Positions 22,202 through 35,002 of a stretch of DNA of 64,000 bases are shown piece after piece; position 1 is the first letter of the stretch, and each line of letters opens with the position of its first letter. Source of the stretch: Azolla caroliniana (Eukaryota > Plantae > Polypodiophyta); assembly GCA_043228905.1 (NCBI GenBank), contig JBHGNT010000012.1, positions 8,680,001-8,744,000 on the forward strand, written 5' to 3'. The notes below the pieces were generated by a model. That model did not search any database. It saw only the letters and a program-made list of their open reading frames with translations, and had not been told where the DNA came from. A program made the position numbers and the translations under genes.

Positions 22202-23157
22202 AATGTAATATTTTTGGTCTCATAGGTCATATTTGATCTCCGAAGACGATAATATAATCTATCTATCTATCTATCTCTATCTCTCTCTCTCTCTCTCCCC
22301 ACTTGCTTCTACTTCTTTCTTGATTTCTCTCCCTTGCTTTGATCAAGTTGTAATTATTTCTTTCTTTTCTCAAGCTCTTTGCTTTGATCAAGTTGTACTT
22401 TGTGGAATACATCCACAACTTTGCAACTTTGCATCTCTCTCACACAAGTTATAATTGATCGTTGATGGAATACATCCACAACTTTGCAACTTTGCATCTC
22501 TCACACACAAGTTATAATTGATCATTGATGTCAATGCATGTCTTCAATTTTTACATGATGCAAAGGCTTGTAAAATGGAACTCTATAGGTTTGTTGACAC
22601 TTCTTTACGTTTAAATTGTGAAGGTTGTATATAATATACATGGAGCTTGGCGTATGTTTTGCAAAATGAAGGATTGGCAAGATAGTTTCCCTCATTTGAT
22701 GAAATTATGGTAAGGTGTCGTGTGAGAGAGGGTTCTCGAAGCAAGATATCATCGAAGAGATGGAAAGAAATCGATTGAATATGTATAGAACATTTACATG
22801 ATTTAATGCGAGTCTCATTTGAATGGGCCACACATTGAAGAAATAGAATGGGATTGTGTATTATAATATGTATATTGTTTGGTACGAATAATAATAATAA
22901 TATTGGATGTATTTACTTTTTTGAAGGGCAATTTTTTTTTTTGACAAAACTGGCAAATTTTTTGGAATACCGTTCTCTCATCATCATCATCACATGACAG
23001 GCAATGTTAGCCGTCATCAAAAGGCAACACTGCATAATTTTCAATTTAATTTTCTGAATTTTAGTCTGCATATCCACCACGCACAGAGAATAAAGTTCTT
23101 GATTTTTCAAGAAATGTTAAAAGGAGATCAAACGAAGAAACTGCTGAATCCGAGAAG

Positions 23158-26100
23158 ATGATGCTGAATCAGGTTCTTTGGCGATCTTCTCGTCTTCTTC
23201 TTCACAACAACAACAACAAACATTCTTCTTCACAAATGATGACTATTCAAAAGAGCCTCTTAAATCATCACAGGGGGGGTCGCCATAGCCACATCACACA
23301 GAGATCTAGTTTAATCTTACACAGGTGCCGGTATCAGTGGTCATCCTCATCCTCATCATCTTTGGTAGCCTCTGGTTTTGTTCGCCAGTTTCATACTCGT
23401 CTGCATTTTGTAGAATTTTACCTGCGAATGCTCTCAGAGAGGCCTGTATTAACCAAGAGTATTACTGCTGCCACCATTTATTTCTTTGCCGATGTCGTTT
23501 CCCAGGTATTTTACTTCAATTCTCTATGATTCTTTAGAGATTTATGCCCTTTAATTTGGTTATGTTATCTATAAATATAAGATAAACAAACATTAGTGTT
23601 TGTTATATATATTTATATTTATTGTAGATGATTTACATTATTTTGCATAATACTAGGGTTTTTAGCATTATTTTGGGATTTTGTCTATTTCCCCGAATAC
23701 CTTTGGTCAATTTAATCTCCTTTTCCTTAACTATATGTGCAATTTGACAATATGTATATTATGGTCTATGAGAGACTAAAGCATCTTTACGAATAATGTA
23801 TAAAGCGGGGTAATTGTATCCCATCATAAATACAATGGATACTCTGTAAATAAATTAAAAGCAAACATTGAGGTGTGTCCTCACTACATACCTCAGATAT
23901 TCTTAATCAAAAGGTTAAAGGGTGACAATAGTGTGGCCAGTGATTCCTATGATGGGCAAGGATGACCTTATCTTTTTGAGGTAGTGAGGTTATCGATGAG
24001 GCCCCAATGGGGCCTGGTTGTATTGGGCTACAGAATGCTGTTTATAGCAAAGATGGTCATCTGGTTCTAGCCCTCCATATCTCCTTGTCTCTATTCCCAG
24101 TTGGTGTGATGACAAGTGGATCTATCCAATTACACTATGCGTGCTGTGTGAGGGATGAGTACCCATGTAGCTGGGGAGGACCACAAACCTATCTGATGAT
24201 GTCTGTAGGAAGCTATTCTTGTCATATTCCATCCTTGTGCCCAAGGAAAAAGGGGCGATCCAATAATTATGTGATTCAGTAATATGCAGGTGAGTTCCAG
24301 AAGAGGTTGTCAATTTGTATGCTGTGTCCGCGATGTACAGTTAGTCCATTGTGCATACCAACCAGGTATCTCTGTCTCTTGCTAGCTGCTTCAATAAGTG
24401 CAAATCGTGGGTGCCTTTGCTGGATAGAGTTTTCACAATCTCTGCAAAAGGCCGACTGCTTGCTGGAGGACATTAAAGACTAGTGGTGTAGTTTAGAGCT
24501 CCAGTCTGATCCATTGTAACCCCATTCGAATGTTCTGGTTGAGACCCCAGTTGTGTAGCCCTTGGTTGACTTACAGCATGACCAGGAGGCAATGGAGCTA
24601 AAGAAAGTTGTGATGGTTCTTCATTGATGAGCTTTTGTGGTTGTACTGCTATCCTTCAACAACTTTTCTCTATATCTCTGGAATTTGAGCAAGAAAAGTC
24701 CCACACACAGTTGGTCTTAGTATTCTATTACCATGTGTAGTGGGCCAAAGCCTAGCGCAAAGAACGAATATCTCCCTCTTGTTTCATAAAAATCCATTGG
24801 ATGCTGATCATTGATTGGGATAATGCCTTGATCACTATTTGGGCTGCTCCACTGTTCTATTGATCATGCAAGCAATCATTGAGACTAAAGATCTCTCCAA
24901 ATCTATCCAGTTATGTGTCCTATGAAGGTGTAGTCCACATATTTCTACTCTGCTGAGAAGATTCAATGTCCTAAGTTCATCAACCAACCACTCTTTAGTT
25001 TGTGGTTCTTTGGTCTATGTGCACATTGTTTTCAAGGGTACCAAGGTCGTGTGAATGTTATTGTTCGATATGTGTAGGATTGTGTATATGGTACCTCTTC
25101 CTCTCCCAAGAAGAACTTTGGTATTGCTCTTGTTATCTATGCTTGAGTGGTGTGAAGCATAGAATGAACCGTACGTATCATACGTGCATTCGCATTCGAG
25201 AATGATTCAATCAAACGTGTATGGTAAATCATCTCGAAGTTGGATTGGATTGACTATGGTCTATATTATATATTGATTCACTCTCAATCCCAATAAGTGG
25301 ACTCTAATCCATTGTGAACCACCAACATAAGTATGGTTGCAATATTTGCATTGTATCACATGCATACCTTTGGGATGCTTCTTAAGAATCAAGACATCTC
25401 TATTCTCCTCACTTTAGAACTTTACAAAAAATGAGTATGAACTATAGAGATTGAATCAAAATATGTCATTATAAATTATAAACAAACGTTCAAAAACTTA
25501 TAAAACGTATATTTGAGAATATGAAGAAAATATGACGTAGGCAGTAGTAGCATAACAACTTACCACTAGGGTGAGCTAATTTCTAATAATAACAAAAGTA
25601 AAAAAAAGTAAAAAGTAATATGACACTAACATAAAATTTTGTTATGACATGACACTAACAAGAGAGAGATGAGAAAATTGGGAATTGGACCCAGGACATA
25701 GACAGCAATGGCATGACAACTTACCACTAGGGTGAGCTAAATTGCAATGATAATCAATAAAAAAAAGAAAAAAAAGGAGCACGCATTTTTCCCTTTTCAA
25801 ACGTGTTCGTTTTCAAACGTTTGAATGCTTGCACGAACACGTATATTACGTTCTATGGTGTGAAGCACCATTGCTTTAGTTTAATCTAGGTTTACTTACA
25901 AATCTTTGTTTGTACCAAATTGCTTTAAATCGTTTAGATGTCTTTGTGGTCCCTCCTGAGAGTTGGAGATGAACCCAATGTCATTAGCATACAATAGTAC
26001 TATTGGTACGCGCAATCTTTGGCAATCTTTCATCTGATCCACCCGATTTTTCTATATTATTTGGTGTCTAATCTATATAAAGATTGAAGAGAGTGGGTGA

Positions 26101-28319
26101 TAGTGGACATCCTTATTTTACTTCAATCGTGCTCCATGACCTCCAACAACCCAATAGGAGTGCATACTTTTCCTAAGACTTATTCATTTAGTGCATAGGT
26201 ATGCTTAATGGTTGTCATGCGTGGATCTCTAACTGATGAGTTGCACTTCATTACATGTGAGTACCACAATACTTCTCACTATTCTATTGCTGTTTACTAA
26301 ATGCTTCGAACATCTTATGTGTAATTCTTTAGGTGGCATGCTTCACATCTAGTTGTTGAGGTTCACTGTCTAGAATAATGCTTCTACCATCATAGGGTTG
26401 TGGCCAATTCAATTAATGTGTATCATGCAGTGGAGAATTTGCTACAGATCATCCATGACAACACCATGACAAGTGAGCAGTCTATTTGTATCTTTGTCTG
26501 GATGTGGAGGCATGGGGAGGTGTGAAGTCCATATGGCTACACCATACATGAGGGCAGGGATGAAGATGTTGTGGAATGGTCATACTTTGGTATGACATTC
26601 CTGAAAATGTTCCTAGTGGCATTGTTGTTCTAGCAATGCCAGAGCTGAATATCCTTGAGTGAATCAACTTTGAGATCTTGGACCATTGAGATGCGCACCA
26701 ATGGTAATTGTAAATGTAACTATTTACTACGTAGGAATCCACTATTTCAAATTGCCCCTCTTGCTATGGTAAATACAGCTTGTCGGCGAGGCAGCATGAA
26801 TATGTGAAAGTTCAGGGTCTTGGTCTTTCCCATGCTCATGTTAAGGCCTTGTTGTCTGCAAAACCATCTAGGGCATTGAATAATGATGCCATATACCTGT
26901 ATGAGATTTAGAGATCAAGACAGTAAAGAAGAATGTAGATGGCTGTAATTAAATGTCAATTCCCTGCTATCTCCACGTGTGATGTGGTCTGCGACCTTGT
27001 AAATGTAGAGTTTGAGAAGGGTAAGGGAGAGTCGCCTTTCTTCATATTGATGATGCTGTTGCTCAGGGGTGGCACATGTTGACTTGGGAATGTCAGTGCT
27101 TGCACATTCAGTTACCTTGCATACCTTATCGACTCTTCTTTGATTGTAGTGTGTACGAGTTGGAATTCTTCTTGTTGTAGTTGTTTCCTAGCTACTTCCA
27201 CCCGTCGATGCTCTTTTGCTTTGATTTCTATTTTTATTACTTTTTTGAGAAGGGATAATGTCCAAGGGAGAGAAAGAGTGTAAGAATAATCTCCAACTAT
27301 AGTTTTTAGTTATTTAGTTGTGTATACCATTATATTTAAAAATATTGAGACTGTAACTAAAATTGGTTTGAATTTTATGATTGAAATTCCATAACATCCT
27401 AATATCCAAATGGGTTTATTTTTGTTTAGGATCTCTGAGCACTAACCCAAAATGTGATTGTAAATTTCTCACTAAATGTTGCAGAGACTTGGTATGTGGA
27501 GTTCAGATGACCCTGAGGAAGTTCAATGGGATCCTAGAAGGACAATACGTATGTTTGCTGTGGGCATGTTCATGTCAGGGCCCATGTTGCATTTATGGTT
27601 CAATTTCCTGTTAAGGTACTTCCCGAGGCGAGATTTGATAACAACAATAAAAAAGATAGCGATGTCACAACTTATCTATGGCCCGACTTTCACAGTGTCT
27701 TTCTTTTCACTTAATGCTTTTGTTCAAGGTATCTTGGCTAACTTTGCTGATGCACAATACATTTAGAGTTGTTTAATTAACTTGGTGTCAATGGCATATA
27801 TTCCTCTGGCTTTCTTACAAGGCACAAGGTAATAGCCCAAAAATTTCCAACAATGCTGGATAGCGTGTTTCTTTTATCCAGACTTGTAACAGAACTAGTG
27901 TTCAAACTGAAAGAAATTTGTGAATGATGATCCCGTTTGTGACAGTATATATGTTTTTCCTTGCATATTCAAGTGTAGGTGAGTCAATGGACTTATTCCT
28001 TGCTTATTAACTACAGGTGAGTCGACAGACGATATCATATCACGGCTAAAGCGAGACTTTCCTAGAACAATTAAAAGTGGTCTTATGTATTGGCCAGCAT
28101 GTGATTTTATAACCCATCGCTATGTGCCAGTTCATCTTCAGGTAATTTAGTTCATATAGCAAGGAATAGAGTTGTATTATTTTAGTTGTTATTTGCTTTA
28201 AAAAAACCGTTCCATTATGCATCCAGGCGTTGGCAAGCAATGCATTCTCCTTTGTGTGGACAATCTATTTTACATACATGGCGTGCTTGAAGAAGGTTGA
28301 GTTAGAATGCAGTGGATGA
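23158..28319 (+). CDS. Mpv17/PMP22 (SYM1-like) membrane protein, ~269 aa; exons 23158-23505, 27485-27728, 28017-28141, 28227-28319
   Basis: GT-AG introns join in frame. Motifs RPVLTKSITAA...ADVVSQ, DPRRTIRM...GPMLHLWF, LMYWPACDFIT.RYVPVHLQ and AFSFVWTIYFTYMA. The R/S/H-rich N-terminus resembles a mitochondrial presequence. Confidence 0.92.
23850..27050 (-). pseudogene. Highly decayed LINE RT remnants in Mpv17 intron 1
   Basis: Near 26010-25860 it reads VPIVLLYANDIGFIS...QRHLNDLKQF...VNLD*TKAMV, continuing past the MITE into SYTY. A second decayed RT-like stretch lies at ~26700-27050. Outer boundaries are approximate. Confidence 0.55.
25158..25857. mobile_element. hAT-type MITE in Mpv17 intron 1
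   Basis: Ends CATAGAATG...CGTTCTATG with perfect 8-bp TSD GTGTGAAG (25150-25157, 25858-25865). Confidence 0.88.
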
Positions 28320-29964
28320 AAAGGAGTTCTCATTTGTATCCAAAGGAATGTTTGGAGGAAAGATTTAACTTCTCTCATACTATAAAGGGAAAAAAAATCA
28401 TATTAAACAAGAAGCTATAACAATCATCAAACATATACATAAATAACAACAAACACCAAGACATATACAACAATAACAAACTCACCAAGGAATCAATAAC
28501 AAAGAAAGATAAATGGCAAAAGTGATTTTTCTATTGAGGGAATAATATTGGAGGTTCCATTTATTGTCAGATTTATTTGTGCCTAATTGGCATGTGGTAT
28601 TTACAATAAGATGTGCCACCTATAATATTTTGGTATACCCAAAACCAATTTATAGTTTATTCTTTACAAAAGAATAAAAAAATGTCAAATAATACTGAAG
28701 AAATCAATTTTACAATTGGTTTTTGGTGTGTAAAGGTTTAATCTCAACATATTTTATGAGGGATTATCTTTTTATGAAAATGGAACCTGGGCCTCCTTGC
28801 ATTATGCATAACTTGAATAGTATCCTGGTCCCTTAAGGTGTAGAAGTGAGCACATGAACAATTGAGCAAAGTATTCAAATGGTCACATGTGTGAATAAAA
28901 GATTCAGGAAATCAACGAAAAGCAAAAATGTAGAGATGTTTGCTCATCACAAGATATATTAATGGGAGAAACTGGAACAAAAGTGCAAAAATATAAAAAT
29001 GTCTGTTCATTACAAGATATATTAATGGGAGAAAATGGAGCGAAAGTTTAAAACAGGTTAACAACATATTTTATGGTAAATGGAAATATTCATAAACAGA
29101 ATTAGTTGCATCACAAGCATATACACTCATGCATGTTATGTGTTAAAAGGGAGGAAATGGGGCAAACATATAAAATATATTTGCAAAACATGATGAAGGG
29201 AAACAAATGGCCTTTTTTGTTAACAGAATAAGTTTGTTTCACAGACTTTTTATGCTCACGCATATTATGCTAAACAAGGGCCATGAATGTTTGTGTTTTC
29301 ACTGGAAATTGGACTTGAATTTGTAGGATGGCATTTATTCAGAAATTTGGTTCTGCTTTGTACTTGGGAAATGTTTCAATATTCTTACACATGAACTGCA
29401 CACATATTTCGTCTCAAATTTCAATTTAATTTTGTAAACTAATTGTTTATTTCAAGTTCCATTCCACTTATTTCATAGGCTTAACTATTTGAACTCCTTT
29501 CATTGTTTGAAAGCCAATGAATTGTTTTGCTTTGTGTAGCAATTTCTCATTAACAATGAATCATGATTTGATTATTTGAATAGGATAAATTATCTTATTG
29601 GAAAAGCTGCATATTTATTATGTTGACATCATTATCGCAATTTCTGTGTTAGTCCATGTAGCATCCATATCCTTATCTTTAGCCTATGTAAGTCTCAAAG
29701 TTAACCTAAAGACATTGCAATGAGGATCTTTCCAGAATATATTATACAAAGAAAAGGCCTCTCTCTCTCTCTCTCTCTCTCTAATGCACAAACGTTATGT
29801 GACACGATGCCTAACACCATATTAAAAAATAGCATATTAATGGAAGCTCCTTGTTTACACCTCCACAACCTAGATGCTAGGCTTCTTTTTTACAATCTAC
29901 TTCATGCTATAAAAATGGCAAAACTTCAAAAGCTAGGTTTTCCATGGTAGGGAATGTCATGGGT

Positions 29965-32900
29965 CTACAAATCTCGGAACATAGCTTGTTCTTCATCCGT
30001 CAACATTGACGTGTCTCCCTTTGCAGGAGCAACTGAGTTACTATCAAAGTTGGAAGTGTCATTTGGAGAAACCTACATCGAAAACATTTCAGGAATAAAA
30101 TGATATAAAAAAAACAATTTAAAGCTTTTAGATGCATGGAAATTGTTCTTTAGAAGTGTCAAAAAGAAAACCAATTGGAAGCGTGATATCATGTATGAAA
30201 TATTACCAGTGGTTTGGGTTGCAAGGGAGCTCTTTCTCTTTTGTACAAAATATCATCCCATCTAATACCAGAAAACCAAGGATGACTCTTTATTTCGTTC
30301 ACTCCATCTTTTAGGCAACCAATCCTGTGTCACAATTGACAAAAAGATATACATATATATATATATATGAAAAAAATCAAGACGAGTTCAGCACATTGGC
30401 AAGCAATATATATTAGAGAAATGTTTATATAATTCTTTCCATGATCAGGAAGAAAAATATAAACCTTTTTCTATATCAGTTCCACATATTGGGCATAAAT
30501 ATTTATTTCCACCCTACTACTAAAAAATAACATATTCATGTAGTGAAAAATATGCACATACCTCTTTGTCAAGTCTGCAGTCAAAAGCTTCCGGATAAGA
30601 TCTTTGGCACTGTAAATTTAATATATTGTTTGTTTTATTACTCATAAATCCTATCGAGATTTTTTTGTAGCATTTTCATGTGACTTCACGCGAAATTTTT
30701 ATATAAGGTTTTTTGGATGGAAATTTTCATTCAACGTATGATCTTATATAAGAATACAAAAAAACATGTCTCACAAGTTAATAACTTTCACAATATGCAA
30801 AATTTTGGGGATTTCTTTTGTATTTACAAATCTAATACTCGCACAAGAAAAATAAATGCTTGAAGAATATTTTACTTCTTTGAGAAATGGCTTGGAAAAA
30901 GCAATTTGCCATCCAGTATCTTCTGATAAGTTCCATTAACATCTATTAAAACAAAAAACAAGATGATGAAGTGTTGTTGATAGGTTTTTAAGTTGCCCCT
31001 ATGAAAATAAGAAAAATTTATCATCGATCAAAAAGTGTATAGCCTCACCTTCATCGTAGAAGGGAGGGTATCCAGCTAACATTTCATAAACAAGCACCCC
31101 AAACGTCCACCTGGACGATCTATTAAAAGATCAACATCAGATATGGCTGTGGAGAAAGCCGTTTTACCAAGTAAATGCATTTTCATTTTGAGAATAGCAC
31201 AGACACATTAAAGGCAGGATATGATAAAAGATACACAGGAAATTTAATTATTGTCCTGAGCAATTGAAAAAACATGGCATATGGAATCAATGTGAAACAT
31301 TTTCATTTATTCTATGTGAGGTCCTGAATCCTCCTGATAATTGACTATTGATGTTCAAAGATTAGTTTCCTTACTAAATCAGCAATCCACTTGTAGGTAT
31401 AATGTAGTTCCAAGATGATGATAATATTAAAGAACAATGGACATTGTAGTTCTCATTATGATTATCGATAAGACAAAAATGACCACCTTCCATAAGCAAA
31501 GAAGATATTTATTTTTTATGTCAATATAAGTGAAAACATACACACATCTATACTATCTACCATTAATAAAATCAACATCTCACCAGTCTACAGGTTTCCC
31601 ATGACCTTTATTAAGAAGTATTTCTGGTGCCAGATAATCTGGCGTTCCTGACAAGTTTACAAAAGATAATGGCATCATATTCAGTAACCAAAAGCTAAGA
31701 AAATCTGTCAAATACATGGCACTTTGTATTTGGAGAAAACAAACAGTTGAAACTCATAATATTTTAATCTAGCTCAAAGGAAAGTTTCTCAAAGGCTGTT
31801 CAAGATTATTTATATGAATGTTCCTGTTTTAGAGTTCTGAAAAACCATTTGAAGTGCACATACCACACAAGGTAAACGTTCTATGATCTATTTTCTTGGC
31901 AAATCCAAAGTCAGCAATCTTTATGTTTCCTTTATCATCCAGTAAAAGATTTTCTGGCTGTGTATGTATTGGAAACATTTAACAATAAAATAACAATAAT
32001 AATAATAACTATAGAAATAAGATTATATCCAAGATAACTAAGCAATGATCTTTGCACACAACTCCAAACAAGAGATTGATAAAATTGTTTGTTGTGTTTC
32101 AACATCCACAAAATCTAACCTTAAGGTCCCTATAGATAATGTTCAAGTTATGGATGTACTCGAATGCAAGGAGTACTTGTGCGGCATAAAATCGCTGCAA
32201 ATTCCAATGTATGTGATCAAATTAGTCTCATATATCATAATCTGGCTCCTGCGAATGTTAACAACCTATCTATCTCTAGATTTTTAGCTAGTCCCAGCTA
32301 TTCTCAAAATTGCAGTACATTTGCATATATAAAAAGGAAAAAACATACCAAAATATCCCTAAATTTTTTGTTGTCAGTAGTGTACTATTATATTGCTGTA
32401 TTAAAAAGGAGTACCCTGAAGCATTTTTTAGGGTTTCTTTTTCTTCCTTTGTTTTACATATAAATAAGGAAGGCTACAGAACACCTAATGACACAATCAA
32501 AGAAGAGAAAACTTACAGAGGTACTTTCGTCAAACTTTCCCTTCCCTCTCAAGTATCCAAAGAAGTCGCCCCTGGCAAAAATAAATAATGAAATTATAAG
32601 GGTCATTCAAAAAATGTCCACCACAGGATTTTTCATCAACATTAATAAGTTCCAAAGTTGTACACATACCCACAAACATACTCCATAACAAGATGCACAC
32701 ATCTAGGGTCTTGGCAACAACCATGAAGGTTCACAATGAATGGAAAATCGATCTTCTGTAGACTATCTTTTTCAGCTTTTACATGTTCTAACTGCGTAAT
32801 ATTTAGTGTTTCAACAAATAACACATGTTATAAATCCAAGCAGAGAGTACCTACTTGATTCAAAACAAATTAAAGTGAATTCAAAAGAAATAGTGATGTT

Positions 32901-34116
32901 GAAGGCAATAAAGGCAATACAATCAAGAAATTACCCCACTTTTACATACAAGGGAAAACCGATATAAGTGGTGCAAAGTTTCATATATCTTTGTATTAAA
33001 GAGTCTGGGATTGGAGCATCACCTGAGATTGGAGCTCTCAGGTGATGCTTGAAATATATGCTCATTGAGGATAGATTAATAGAGGTCCCAGGGATGAAGT
33101 GGCAAGATGCTAAAATGTCAAATTTGGAAAATTACATTGCAAATATTAATCCTCAACGTTGGTCCCAATACAAGGTAAAAATGTCATAATGTATCCAATC
33201 ACATCTCATTATCCGCATCAGCCTTGGCTCTCAAAGGGCCTTAACACTTCTTCAAACTCACTCACACATGTTAGGCGTTGAGTTAGCATCATGCCACCAT
33301 CACTCAAATATGAAGATATGCATGGTATGCAACAAAAACCTAGAGGACAATGAATATAACTTAATTCTAGCATGTTCAGTCTATACGTAATTTGCAAGAA
33401 ATATGATAACTTGTTAGATGGGCATGATAATTTAAGTTTTGTACTCAAGTCTCCCCCGAGAAGAGTGAGCACATATGTGTATACATTTATTTTCACTGCA
33501 GAGTAATAACCCCCTTCTTAGGTTGGAGTCACATACAAGACGATATGTTTATTTGGTCCCATAGGTCAAATTAGCCTCCTTGGGAACAACAAAAAATCTA
33601 TTCAATTCTTAACTTAAAGCACCTATAGTATTTCGAAAAGATTATCAAGGACAGATGAACAATTCAAAAACAATAAAGAGCAAAAATTTTGTATCTGTAA
33701 TAGACCAGAAATCCATATATACAAAGCAAAAAAGTTCTTTACCTGCTTTGATTTGATGATAGCAGATTTGGAAAGAGATTTTGCTACACAAACATGATTC
33801 GTTTTGATGTGTGTCGCCACATAAACCCTCCCAAAACTTCCTGCTCCTACGATTTTGCCAAGTTCAAAATCTTGGATCTTACAGTCATCAAACCAAACCT
33901 AATATGACAAATAAGAAATGTAGAAAAGCAAAAAACGATTCAAAAGTATTTAGATTTTCTTTTTTCTTTCGAAGATGATTCAGATTAACAATAATTATAA
34001 TTAAGAATTTGTTTTACCTTAGGAGCAGACGGTGGCGGTGGCGGTGGAGGTGGTGGTGGTGAAGGGGATGCTACCCCAACAATCTTTCTGGTGATCATTC
34101 GCATGAGATTCGCCAT
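29965..34116 (-). CDS. cAMP-dependent protein kinase (PKA/PRKX-like) catalytic subunit, ~355 aa; exons 34116-34018, 33898-33743, 32791-32670, 32571-32517, 32194-32120, 31957-31864, 31647-31584, 31110-31049, 30942-30876, 30609-30562, 30324-30207, 30072-29965
   Basis: Eleven GT-AG introns join in frame. Motifs [107 protein letters not shown] and terminal FRDL. Confidence 0.93.
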
Positions 34117-34140
34117 GATTGAAGCAAAATATGGCAACAG

Positions 34141-34184
34141 ATGATCACGTGACGTAATAAGAATGATCACGTGACGTAATAAGA
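34141..34184. promoter_or_regulatory. Perfect 2 x 22-bp tandem repeat containing overlapping G-box (CACGTG) and CRE-like (TGACGTAA) motifs
   Basis: ATGATCACGTGACGTAATAAGA twice, starting 25 bp upstream of the kinase ATG. The repeat is certain; a regulatory role is not. Confidence 0.5.
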
Positions 34185-34962
34185 ACTCTCCACCCTCTCA
34201 CGAGACTTCGCAAGAGATTTTGACTAAGAATTGAAATGATGCATCTTATTTGAAAGTTCCTACAAGAATACAGATTATATACGCATTTGTATAAATCAGC
34301 TTAACCACCAAAAGGCATTCATATCAAGGAACAAGTTGGTAACTGAGGGAGGCAATGGTAATTTCCATGTCCCTATACAATCCCAAGAGATGGCAATTTT
34401 CCTCCCATTTTCCATATACACAAACACATATACCACGTGCATTTACAGTTTGATACACACACACACAAATGCAGATATATATATATATATATATATATAA
34501 CACATATACCACGTGCATTTACAGTTTGTATGCACACACACACACACACAAATGCAGATATATATATATACAGTTCCTTCTAGCATGTGAATATATCAAT
34601 AAATTAATCAAGACTTCTATTTGTAGGGAAAATCCTGAGCACACACAAATATTAGGGTTTTTTTGAAAAAAAAAAAAACAGGTGTGCATGTTAGTGTTAA
34701 CTATGTCTAAAAATTCAGGTTTATAATGTCTGTAAACAGAGAGAGAGGCTTACCATGGATTGTGAACAGAAGATTATGCAGAAACAGTACACGAAGAAGG
34801 AGGCGTGAGACACAGAGGGGGGTGGGGAGAGAGAGGGAATGATATGAAGCGATGCGAGCGAGATAAGAAAATGTGAAGAAGAAGAAGAAGAAGAAGAAGA
34901 AGAAGAAGATGATGATGAAGATGGAAAAACAGAGAGTCATTTTTTGGGTCTTTCTTTGTTTT

Positions 34963-35002
<40 letters not shown>

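Larger units (their letters stand above)
17685..22280 (+). mobile_element. Full-length, apparently intact two-ORF LINE (APE-RT-CCHC; RTEX/L2/CR1-like rather than typical plant L1)
   Basis: 5' UTR, ORF1, ORF2, short 3' UTR and an (ATCT)n tail at ~22258-22280, flanked by (CT)n on both sides. Confidence 0.93.

Noticed and set aside
22404-22528. ~62-bp tandem duplication (also a degenerate ~225-bp duplication at ~62020-62420)
   Set aside because: Ordinary local duplications with no further structure.
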